Below are positions 56,324-64,000 of a DNA stretch of 64,000 bases, piece by piece (the stretch's first letter is position 1; the number at the start of each line of letters is the position of its first letter). A program made the position numbers and the translations under genes. Under the pieces are notes generated by a model that worked only from the letters and a program-made list of their open reading frames with translations, was not told where the DNA came from and searched no databases. The DNA is taken from assembly GCA_048816425.1 (NCBI GenBank), contig JBMDZZ010000028.1:24766-88765 (forward strand). The letters run 5' to 3'. The stretch is from Oligoflexus sp. FD111. GTDB lineage: Bacteria; Bdellovibrionota_B; Oligoflexia; Oligoflexales; Oligoflexaceae.

Positions 56324-58465
56324 TCATGGTAGCAGCGCGAGCTGGAGCCCATACTCGGCAATTATATCGTTAAGTACCTCCACTGTATCAGAAAAGTTGA
56401 CTGAATGTTCTGCAAACTCTTTTACACGTTTAAGCTCTTGTTCAATTAGTTTTCTTTCATGGTGTCGATCAAGAACGTTATTTGGCAGTCGGATGAAAAA
56501 GTCAAATATCCTTGCTTTGTCTTTTCCTGGTGCTTTTCTGAGAACGCGCCCTCTTCTTTGTATGTACTGCCTTGGATTTCGGCTGCTAGCAAGTATATAG
56601 GCATCCTGGCAAGCAGGAATGTCAACCCCTTCATCAAGACACCTAATTGCAGCTAAAACAAGTACGTTCCCTTGGTTGAATTCTTTTAAAATCATTTGGC
56701 GTTGGAGGCTTGACTCTCGAGATGTGTAACGAGAAGCGCGGTAACCAATTGAATCTATTGCTGAAGTCACAGCATCTATTTGTCGCGATGATTCGTTAAT
56801 TTCCTCATCGCCAACAGAACCGTCACCACAATATATGAGTGTTCGCGACGTGATACCCCGCTGTTTGATCTGCTCTATAAGGGATACTAGCTTGTTCTTT
56901 GCACTCCCTAAAATCCGTGATCGCTCGAACATAAGCAGCTCAAGTCCGCCTGCTCTTGAGCTAATAGCCCTATCGATATTTCCCCCACTTGAAGCTAGCG
57001 CTTTAGCGATTCTGTCCGATAGCTCCTGATATTCTTCATACTCGCTATCTGTAAGTTCAACTATCTCAATATGATATTCGTAAGGGCACAGAACACCTAA
57101 ACTGAGCGCTTCTTCTATTCCAAATGTGTAGACGACGTCCCCATAGAAGTCTTCCAGCCTTGCAGTGCCTTCTTGATCCCCATATCGCTCGTATGTTGCT
57201 GAAAGACCCATTCTCCACTCGCTATGGGAAGGAAGCGATTTGTAATAGTTTTCAGTACCATGATAATGACACTCATCACCAATAAACAACAAACTTTCCC
57301 CTGGAACTCTATGTATTGCTTTTTGAAACTCGCCAGATAAAAAACTCTTATTTACAACAACCACAGCTTCAAAATTTGTGCGACTACTAATAAATGCATT
57401 AACACCATTATTTAACTCTTCCAGCCATTTCATCTTTCCTCCGAAACATTTAACTGGAAATATGTTAAAATCACGTAATTCTTCTACCCATTGTTCTACA
57501 AGATTTTGGTATGGTACTGCGATCACGATGAACAATCGACGTCTATTCTCGAAGACCTTTGCAGCGCCATAGATTGCGGTTAAGGTTTTTCCAGCTCCTG
57601 TTGCCATATTGAAAATACCTTGGAAATTATGGGACTTCCACGAATTTAGAGCCGATCTTTGATGAGGCCGTATTTCAAAACTAACCGGAATCTCGGGGCC
57701 ATAGATTTTTTCTTCACGGAGTGCTTTATATTTCAACGCTAGCGCGACTTCATTGTCAGGTCCGATTTCATTACGAGGTTTATGTAACTCGAGAATTTTT
57801 TCTGCGACAGCTTTAGGAAAGTCGAGTGTTATGGTTCCCTTTGAATTCCCATTCCACAAATCTTCAAACATCTGTTTATAAGGCTGAGAGTGTGCAGTTT
57901 CTGCCTGATTCCAGCTCCTGAAGACATTGATCACTTCATAGTTGAAACCAGATTCTAGAGCATGTAGAGAGTCATTTGCTGACCCTTGGAATACAATTAC
58001 GTTGTCCAACTCATCAGTCATTATGCCAATTTTTGCATGAAACATTCCCTTTGCTCTGAGTGCAACTTTAATTTCGATCAACTCTTTTTCAACCAGATAG
58101 CTAAGAGCTTCCCACCTCATTTTTATCAGATCGTTTCCAGTAGATCCTTGCACAATCTGGATGAACTGCTCTGTCAGGGACTCATTACAGCGAATAAGAA
58201 CTTCTTCTCTGCTTTTGTATCCCTTTGAGATAGCCTCCCGATCTCTCTCGTCCAGCACTGCCCCTACTAGTAGACGCATGCGTCCATTATTTCGTATAAA
58301 CGCAGTTAATCCTTGTGTAGCAAGAGAGATCATAGATGCTGAAAAGAACCCTACCGCGCGATCAAATCTGACGCTTTGGCTCAAAGATGGTATATAGAAT
58401 TCTCTGAGGATATCATCAGTCTCAGAACTGTATACTGCTTTCAAATTCGAAAATCTGTAGCTCAA
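56324..58465 (-). CDS. PLD-nuclease + SF2 (type III restriction res-like) helicase fusion, of the 'DNA phosphorothioation system restriction enzyme' type
   Basis: HKD motif FHAKIGIMTDELDNVIVFQGSAN. Helicase motifs are I NMATGAGKT, II FIGDECHY, III LGLSAT and VI QRRGRVLR. The TTG start overlaps the upstream stop. Confidence 0.75.
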   Translation of the reverse strand: MSYRFSNLKAVYSSETDDILREFYIPSLSQSVRFDRAVGFFSASMISLATQGLTAFIRNNGRMRLLVGAVLDERDREAISKGYKSREEVLIRCNESLTEQFIQIVQGSTGNDLIKMRWEALSYLVEKELIEIKVALRAKGMFHAKIGIMTDELDNVIVFQGSANDSLHALESGFNYEVINVFRSWNQAETAHSQPYKQMFEDLWNGNSKGTITLDFPKAVAEKILELHKPRNEIGPDNEVALALKYKALREEKIYGPEIPVSFEIRPHQRSALNSWKSHNFQGIFNMATGAGKTLTAIYGAAKVFENRRRLFIVIAVPYQNLVEQWVEELRDFNIFPVKCFGGKMKWLEELNNGVNAFISSRTNFEAVVVVNKSFLSGEFQKAIHRVPGESLLFIGDECHYHGTENYYKSLPSHSEWRMGLSATYERYGDQEGTARLEDFYGDVVYTFGIEEALSLGVLCPYEYHIEIVELTDSEYEEYQELSDRIAKALASSGGNIDRAISSRAGGLELLMFERSRILGSAKNKLVSLIEQIKQRGITSRTLIYCGDGSVGDEEINESSRQIDAVTSAIDSIGYRASRYTSRESSLQRQMILKEFNQGNVLVLAAIRCLDEGVDIPACQDAYILASSRNPRQYIQRRGRVLRKAPGKDKARIFDFFIRLPNNVLDRHHERKLIEQELKRVKEFAEHSVNFSDTVEVLNDIIAEYGLQLALLP

Positions 58466-58926
58466 AATGTTATAGTTCCTTGCATTGGAGTAACTTCACT
58501 ACCAATGAAATTATTTTTAGCTAAATTAGTTACGATAGTTTCTAGGCCTATGAGATCTTGTGGCATTTCATCATGCCATGATTTGATGATGGATAGTCCA
58601 CCATTTGCAAATTCCTCAAAGCAACGTACCATTTCATCACTATTTTCTTCTTTGAATATAGTTATACTTTTTGAAGCCGCTAGCGCAATTAGATATATGA
58701 CTCTCATGGCCTCCTTATCTTTTGAAAATATAAACTCCTGTATATCATCTTTTGGTTCACCATGGTCGAACGGAACTCTCTTATTTTTTGCATAACCAAG
58801 AACAGCGGCGAAACATAGAAAATCCTTGATAGTAGCAAACACACTCTTTCCTGTGAGTTCAGTAGGCTTCTTAGTAAACATATCATATAGATCATCGTAT
58901 CTTTTAGATCGAAATATGTTCCGCAA
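58462..58926 (-). CDS. small helical protein between the ATPase and the PLD-helicase (possibly 'dnd system-associated protein 4'-like)
   Basis: 154 aa from a TTG start (or 139 aa from ATG 58881). It is tightly coupled on both sides. I can name no catalytic motif. Confidence 0.45.
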   Translation of the reverse strand: MRNIFRSKRYDDLYDMFTKKPTELTGKSVFATIKDFLCFAAVLGYAKNKRVPFDHGEPKDDIQEFIFSKDKEAMRVIYLIALAASKSITIFKEENSDEMVRCFEEFANGGLSIIKSWHDEMPQDLIGLETIVTNLAKNNFIGSEVTPMQGTITF

Positions 58927-58927
58927 T

Positions 58928-60976
58928 TTAAGTTACCTCCTCAATCGAGACGTCACCTGAATCTCCAAGCTGACTTAATGCATTTAGAGTTATTGCACCA
59001 AGGTGGTACCTTGTCTCATTGATGCTAGTAGTATCACTTCCTACCGATGATAAGACTAAAATATATTCCTTACCAATAAACTGCTTAGTTCTAGATGACT
59101 GCAAACCTGCCGACTGAAAGTCGGAAACAAGAATTACTACTTGCTCAGCGAGCTCCGGAATTGATTCAACAATTACTGACTGAAAAGTACTATCAAGTTG
59201 ACCGAAAGGCGCGTCGAGTACAAGAGGTGCCACAGTTCCTGGTATAAATAAACGACTAGATTCATGTAATCTCTTAGAGCAAAAATTTATTAACGCGGCT
59301 GTGAAAGCAAGTGTTAACATTTGGTTTTCACCTGTACTTCTCGATCCATAAAAGTTAGTCTCTTTGTTTCTCAGCTGTAGATTGAAATCCGAATCGAATT
59401 CAGCATCATAGCTTCGATGCATTTTACTTACGTACTGATTCAAAATTTTTCCGATTTCATTGCGAGCAATTAACTCATGCTCATTTGCTACGTCTTCCAA
59501 ATACGTGGCTAAATTTCCACAGATATCTCTTAGTTTTTTTTGCTTTATCTTCCTGGGAACTGTTGCTGTCATCTTATCGTAGTCTTCCTGCTGCTTTTTA
59601 AGAAGTGGTTTCAACTCCATCTTGATCTTTCGACTTATATCACCAGTTTCCGATGTCAATTGTTTTATAATTTCCAAGCTCTTTTGTTTTTTCTCGTTAG
59701 CGTCCCTAACTGCTTCGATGTCTACTTTTCTCAATTTTTCCTGTAATTCATCGATTTCGTCATCTAATTTTTTAATTTTACTGTGTGACGCCTCAATCCT
59801 TTTAGAGATTTGCTGATATGAGTGTCTTGCAGGCCTATACCTATCCTGAAAATATTTGACAGCAGATTGGGCTTCAATTGCTTTTTCTTGAATGTTCTTG
59901 TCTCCGGCATCAGTTAAAAGTGAACGGATTTTTTCATATTCAATTTCTCCTTCAGAAAATGAACGACCACAAATACATTCTAGGCTATTTAGAATATTCA
60001 TAATAAAAGGCTCTTGATAATCAGCGGGTAGCTTACCTCTAATCTCAGGAAGATCAATCAGATCCTCAGTATCGTTTGCTAAGGAAAAAGACATGCTATA
60101 GATAGCGTCTTTTCTTAGCCACTCGAAAAGTAAAACCTTATTCTCATTGAGCTCCCGAGTTTGTCCCTGCAAATCAATTATTTTAGATTGTAGAGATTCT
60201 TGAATTTCCTTACTCCCAGCATTATTTTCTAAAACCTTGTCTGCGTCAGACATAGCATCTTGCGCTAGATCAATTTGGGATTTCTTTTTTTCAATTGTGC
60301 TTTCAAGTTCGGAAATTCGATCCAGTATACTTTCGATATTTCTGGCAAGATCTTTTATTTGTTGATCGTCTAAATCATCTGACAGTTCCTTGTTGAATTT
60401 TCTTTCGACTTGGCGCAAATCTGCAATCGTAGTATCTAATGTAGTACTCCCAAGTATTTGTCGAATGGCTGTTTTTACATTCTTTTTATTTGCATTGCCT
60501 TGCATAGATTGAGCCTTTTTTTCACCATGAAAGAAAAATTGACTCGACATCTCGGGAGGTACTACTCTGTTGACTAGAGCTTCGATTCTAGGAACTGGAG
60601 TGCTGCTTCCAAATTCTGATTTTTCGTATAGGGTGCAGGAATGTTTCGACTTAAACTTGCCATTCCCTAGAAAAGTGTATTCAACCAATCGATTTATCTC
60701 ATATATTTTTTGCTCGAATTCGAACTGTAAGTTAACACTAGAGGTTGACCCACCATTTTTCTGGGCGTTGAAGTTTAGCAACATGTCTGGATTCTCGAAG
60801 TCAGGTTGAGTTTTCCCATGTAGAGCCCAGCAAATTGCATTCAGAATTGTGGATTTACCAAAGCTATTCATTCCATAGATGACAGTCACATTCTGGTTTT
60901 CTCCAGAAGCAAATTCTATGGTGTTTTGGCCCCTGAACTGTCTAAAGTCCGTCAGAGTTAATTTCTTTAGTCGCAT
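58928..60976 (-). CDS. DndD-like SMC/ABC-type ATPase
   Basis: I chose the start at ATG 60976 (MRLKKLTLTDFRQFRG). Walker A is YGMNSFGKSTILNAICWALHG. A long coiled-coil middle region follows, then GENQMLTLAF (signature-like) and Walker B/D-loop PLVLDAPFGQLDS. Confidence 0.8.
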   Translation of the reverse strand: MRLKKLTLTDFRQFRGQNTIEFASGENQNVTVIYGMNSFGKSTILNAICWALHGKTQPDFENPDMLLNFNAQKNGGSTSSVNLQFEFEQKIYEINRLVEYTFLGNGKFKSKHSCTLYEKSEFGSSTPVPRIEALVNRVVPPEMSSQFFFHGEKKAQSMQGNANKKNVKTAIRQILGSTTLDTTIADLRQVERKFNKELSDDLDDQQIKDLARNIESILDRISELESTIEKKKSQIDLAQDAMSDADKVLENNAGSKEIQESLQSKIIDLQGQTRELNENKVLLFEWLRKDAIYSMSFSLANDTEDLIDLPEIRGKLPADYQEPFIMNILNSLECICGRSFSEGEIEYEKIRSLLTDAGDKNIQEKAIEAQSAVKYFQDRYRPARHSYQQISKRIEASHSKIKKLDDEIDELQEKLRKVDIEAVRDANEKKQKSLEIIKQLTSETGDISRKIKMELKPLLKKQQEDYDKMTATVPRKIKQKKLRDICGNLATYLEDVANEHELIARNEIGKILNQYVSKMHRSYDAEFDSDFNLQLRNKETNFYGSRSTGENQMLTLAFTAALINFCSKRLHESSRLFIPGTVAPLVLDAPFGQLDSTFQSVIVESIPELAEQVVILVSDFQSAGLQSSRTKQFIGKEYILVLSSVGSDTTSINETRYHLGAITLNALSQLGDSGDVSIEEVT

Positions 60977-60998
60977 GATATAGATCCATACAAGTATA

Positions 60999-61139
60999 TT
61001 AATCGAGTGAGTTAAGGATAATTTCCTGGATTTTTTTTTGACGTTCTTGTGGTGATGTATTTTCTGCAATCAACGTACGAATCGTATCAACAATCAATTC
61101 TGCTAAGCTAATCAAATCATCATCTATCTCAAAGGGCAT
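60999..61139 (-). CDS. 46-aa acidic ORF heading the DndD-like operon
   Basis: Sequence MPFEIDDDLISLAELIVDTIRTLIAENTSPQERQKKIQEIILNSLD. GGGGAG lies 9 nt upstream of the ATG, and the ORF ends 22 nt before the DndD-like start. Confidence 0.3.
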   Translation of the reverse strand: MPFEIDDDLISLAELIVDTIRTLIAENTSPQERQKKIQEIILNSLD

Positions 61140-61299
61140 ATTGATTACTCCCCAGTAATTCACTACATAAATGGTATCGGAGCTTATTGAGGATAACTTT
61201 AGAAGAAGCCTCATGATTCCGCTTCTTTCCGCCGGGCATATTTTCCTTTGCGTTGCGATGAGCTTTCTCGTGCCCCATCGGAAACAAAAAATAATTCTG

Positions 61300-61480
61300 G
61301 TATATGGAATCGGCCGGAGTGTAGGCTGCGAAACCTCCCCGTAACCGAGTCGTATCCTCTCTTATCATGGTAAAGCTTCTGCGAGCTATCCGGTGAGCAA
61401 GTGTCTCTGTTGCTTTGTTCATACCAAATTTAGCCTTAAGAGGAGCAGCCCAAGTTCGGTTCGGACGTATCTCTCCTTGA
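61300..61480 (-). pseudogene. possible IS110-family transposase C-terminal remnant
   Basis: The minus-strand peptide ...LKAKFGMNKATETLAHRIARRSFTMIREDTT loosely resembles the IS110 C-terminal block (..A.vAvArKLarii..ml..g). No N-terminal domain was found. Confidence 0.25.
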
Positions 61481-62395
61481 TGAGGGCATCAGGGTGGTGC
61501 ACCAGAGATTTCAAAACTGATTCGAATATGCATTTTTTTTCATGTTATTGTGGTAACGTATAAGAGATTTTCAGTCTTTATGTAAGGTTCTTCTTTCTGA
61601 TCGCTTGGTAAACAGCTTTTGCTCGATGGCATCGATCGCAAGCTGCATTTACGAGATCAACTCTGCAAGCCACCGACGACTAGATTTTTTGGATTTTTCC
61701 TTCATATCATCAAACACTTACATGTGTCAGTTCTTCAACAAGAAATGGACCGTGGCCCTTTGCGATCAAGAAAGTTTCTGGTGAATCAACCCCTGCACGA
61801 AAAAATTATAATTGCCAGCCATCTAAAACCGTAGTTATGCTGCTTGCAATCGGAATGAGTCATATCACAAATGAAAGCTAACAATCATATCAACCTCAGT
61901 TTGCGACACCAAAAAAACTTAGGTTAGTATGACTAAAAATAGTTAAACGATATGCCCTGGACTAGTTTGAAGTGCTGCCAGCTTGTCAAATTAAGTCCTT
62001 TTTTGATGTTGAAGTGATACAGCTAATTCATTGGCAGCAACTTTCCTCTCTAGCTCGATAGGGATGACTGAGATTGCAGTTAATTTATGGTATCAAAATA
62101 ACGCTCAGTCTTTGTGGGGTCCAACTTCTAGTTAAAGCGACGTATTAGTCGTGCATATCAATTCCTCAAGAAAATTCTAGCTAGAAAGTGCAATAAATCG
62201 TTTGGTCTGTTGTCTGAGCTTTCAGGAGATGATTTTCGTGAGATCTGAATGGCGCAATTATTTCCAAAGCATTTAATGGAAAAACTGCCCACTGACTTTC
62301 CAACTAAGGAAACGCATTTTGATCAAGAAATATTCATTTTAACTTCTCAAAATCATCCAAATAATCGTTTGTTTATTCAATGTGGAGCTTACATT

Positions 62396-62977
62396 ATGAA
62401 ACGCCTTAATTTCTCATTTTTGATACTCAGTGCCTTATCGTTAACTGAGTTAAAAGCAGAAACTTTTCTAACTAATCCTAATTTTAGCTTGGGAAAAAAT
62501 GAGTGGTCATCTGGTTGGCCAAGTGAAGTTGTGCGCTATACTGAAGAAGATCAAGGAGTTACAATTCGAGATCAATATTTGGCCCTCCAGCACAACAATG
62601 GTGTGAATTGGAATCCCTTAGTAACTGGCAGAGCAACTAATTTTTATGAAGGAACGCCGCTGTATTTTTATATCGAGGCGAGTCATTCCGAACAATGTGA
62701 AGAGGTTGAATTGATGGTTCGGATTGTTGATACCGGAAATGGCAGAGGTGGGATTCTCGATGAGAAGACTGTTATTCTAAATGATCATACCCGCTGGCAT
62801 GCGATTAGATCCGACTACGTAGTATATACTCCATATGATACTGATCGCATCTCTTTGCAATTGTGGTACTGGCCTAAAAACTGTGAGAACGGAACTTTCG
62901 ATGTGAATTTTGCACAAATAGGCACTGACGTCACGGAGCTTTCACTTCTGGTCAGGGGCAGAAGGTCAAGAAATTAA
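62396..62977 (+). CDS. secreted protein of unknown function
   Basis: I chose the start at ATG 62396 because it gives the signal peptide MKRLNFSFLILSALSLTELKAE. The protein is 193 aa and beta-rich, with a basic tail RGRRSRN. Confidence 0.5.
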   Translation: MKRLNFSFLILSALSLTELKAETFLTNPNFSLGKNEWSSGWPSEVVRYTEEDQGVTIRDQYLALQHNNGVNWNPLVTGRATNFYEGTPLYFYIEASHSEQCEEVELMVRIVDTGNGRGGILDEKTVILNDHTRWHAIRSDYVVYTPYDTDRISLQLWYWPKNCENGTFDVNFAQIGTDVTELSLLVRGRRSRN

Positions 62978-63069
62978 ATCAATCCCCAATTATCAATTGT
63001 TTGTGTAATTCTGACATCAAGAAAAATTGAAAAATATAGTTAAACAAGTTCTATAAGTACTTTTTTGAG

Positions 63070-63852
63070 GTGAAAATGAAACCCTTGATCATCCTTCTGG
63101 CTTTGTTCTTTCCCCATATAACTTTGGCCAGTGTAGTTCCCGATGTTATTGATAATCGGGGTGGATTTATAGAGGGAACACTTGTATGGACTCCTTGGGG
63201 GCCAACTGAGATTCAGAGGTTGAAAAAAGGTGATGTAGTTATCAGCTATGACCTTGAAAGTGGTCAGATAGTTGAGACTAAAGTCACTGATAACCACATT
63301 TTTCAAGAGTCAAAAGTTGTCGAGCTTAAAGCTGGTGGGGAAGTGTTCCTTGTTAACCCAGATCATCGATTTTATAATCCTGAGTCTGCAAATTGGATTG
63401 ATGCTCAAGACCTGATCCCTGGCCAGGATATTCTCCTATCTAAAGAACATACTCACATTAAAGTCGAAAGCGTTCGGGAAATTTGGAGAAACCGCTGGTT
63501 ATATGAGTTGACGGTAGAGAAAAATCATAATTTCTTTATCGGTCAGGAAGGCCTGCTTGCGCATAACTTCGCCTTCGTGATTCCAATAGGAGCTTGGGTC
63601 ATTGGGCAGGGATGGGTTTGGACATCGGGTGCATTATTGGCCGCTGGTGTTACGACGGCAATCATTCTAGAAAGAAATGACGGTACTCCCGGATGCAATG
63701 CAGCCCAAAATAAGCAATTTAGCGATGCAACAAGAGGCCTAACAAAGGATGAAAAGCGCCGAGTTCATGATGAAATAAGTGGTTGCAACTTAGACTATCA
63801 TGAGATTAAACGCATTGCTGATGAGATTAAACGTGGGCGAGGAAGAAAATAA
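63070..63852 (+). CDS. Hint-domain (PT-HINT type) polymorphic toxin with a short C-terminal effector
   Basis: Signal peptide first. The Hint module reads GFIEGTLVWTPWGPTEIQRLKKGDVV...VNPDHRFY...WIDAQDLIPGQDILL...ELTVEKNHNFFIGQEGLLAHN. A hydrophobic segment follows, then a ~70-aa basic tail (QNKQFSDATRGLTKDEKRRVHDEISG...). Confidence 0.7.
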   Translation: MKMKPLIILLALFFPHITLASVVPDVIDNRGGFIEGTLVWTPWGPTEIQRLKKGDVVISYDLESGQIVETKVTDNHIFQESKVVELKAGGEVFLVNPDHRFYNPESANWIDAQDLIPGQDILLSKEHTHIKVESVREIWRNRWLYELTVEKNHNFFIGQEGLLAHNFAFVIPIGAWVIGQGWVWTSGALLAAGVTTAIILERNDGTPGCNAAQNKQFSDATRGLTKDEKRRVHDEISGCNLDYHEIKRIADEIKRGRGRK

Positions 63853-63858
63853 AAAGAT

Positions 63859-64000
63859 ATGAAGCTTGAACGAATAAAAAAAGAATTCAAGCCTGTATGG
63901 CAGGCTAAAAAAGGTCATGGTAGCTTTTTAACCTTCGACATGGGTGAAAAAATAGAGCGTACCTATGAGACTAAGGCTGGCTCATACTTGGTTGGTAGCG
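63859..64000 (+). CDS. partial ORF (runs off the window), possibly immunity for the Hint toxin
   Basis: ATG 63859 lies 6 nt after the toxin stop. The sequence reads MKLERIKKEFKPVWQAKKGHGSFLTFDMGEKIERTYETKAGSYLVGS... The role is inferred from position only. Confidence 0.25.
   Translation, partial: MKLERIKKEFKPVWQAKKGHGSFLTFDMGEKIERTYETKAGSYLVGS

Noticed and set aside
35401-61139. I looked for SspE (DUF262/DUF1524), DndB (DGQHR), DndE and canonical full-length DndC near the PT genes.
   Set aside because: No ORF in the window shows those motifs. The modification set is therefore interpreted as Ssp-type, with non-SspE effectors.
61619-62250. Possible integrase or transposase coding capacity between the DndD-like operon and the secreted-protein gene. 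This includes the minus-strand peptide MKEKSKKSSRRWLAELIS, which looks like an orfA start.
   Set aside because: Only short broken frames are present, with no catalytic motifs. The evidence is too weak to annotate anything beyond the low-confidence IS110-like remnant.

Overview
This window is bacterial accessory DNA, a mosaic of toxin, defence and mobile-element remnants with essentially no housekeeping genes. I found no rRNA, complete tRNA or CRISPR array. All family assignments come from motif and architecture recognition by eye; no searches were run.

- **1-25 kb:**
  - Two RHS/YD polymorphic-toxin loci. One is a 2084-aa TcB/TcC-like fusion (SpvB, FG-GAP and RHS regions) in a tight 4-gene operon with a metzincin lipoprotein.
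  - A class II Fic protein preceded by four direct repeats phased at 24 bp.
  - Two AbiEi/AbiEii pairs, one with an in-frame amber stop.
  - Decayed HigBA-like and MqsRA-like modules and ISL3 remnants.
  - Two ~175-bp repeats whose minus-strand ends look like the 3' end of a tRNA-Ala or tmRNA. I read these as att-like scars.
- **25-33 kb:** GC-richer nuclease and ATPase genes.
  - A translationally coupled NurA-like/HerA-like pair.
  - A PD-(D/E)xK protein.
  - A DUF3883 protein with a possible phosphorothioate-sensing domain.
  - A stand-alone McrC-like nuclease domain.
- **33.7-56.2 kb:** a very AT-rich module bracketed by two direct, pseudogenised copies of one IS3-family element.
  - It carries sspB-sspC-sspD-sspA-like DNA phosphorothioation (PT) genes.
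  - Next come three genes with DptFGH/SspFGH-like architecture.
  - A convergent gene pair follows: a PT-associated-type methyltransferase and an M15-fold protein.
- **56.3-61.1 kb:** a second PT-associated-type cassette: a DndD-like SMC ATPase, a small protein and a PLD + SF2 helicase.
- **62.4-64 kb:** a secreted protein and a Hint-domain polymorphic toxin.
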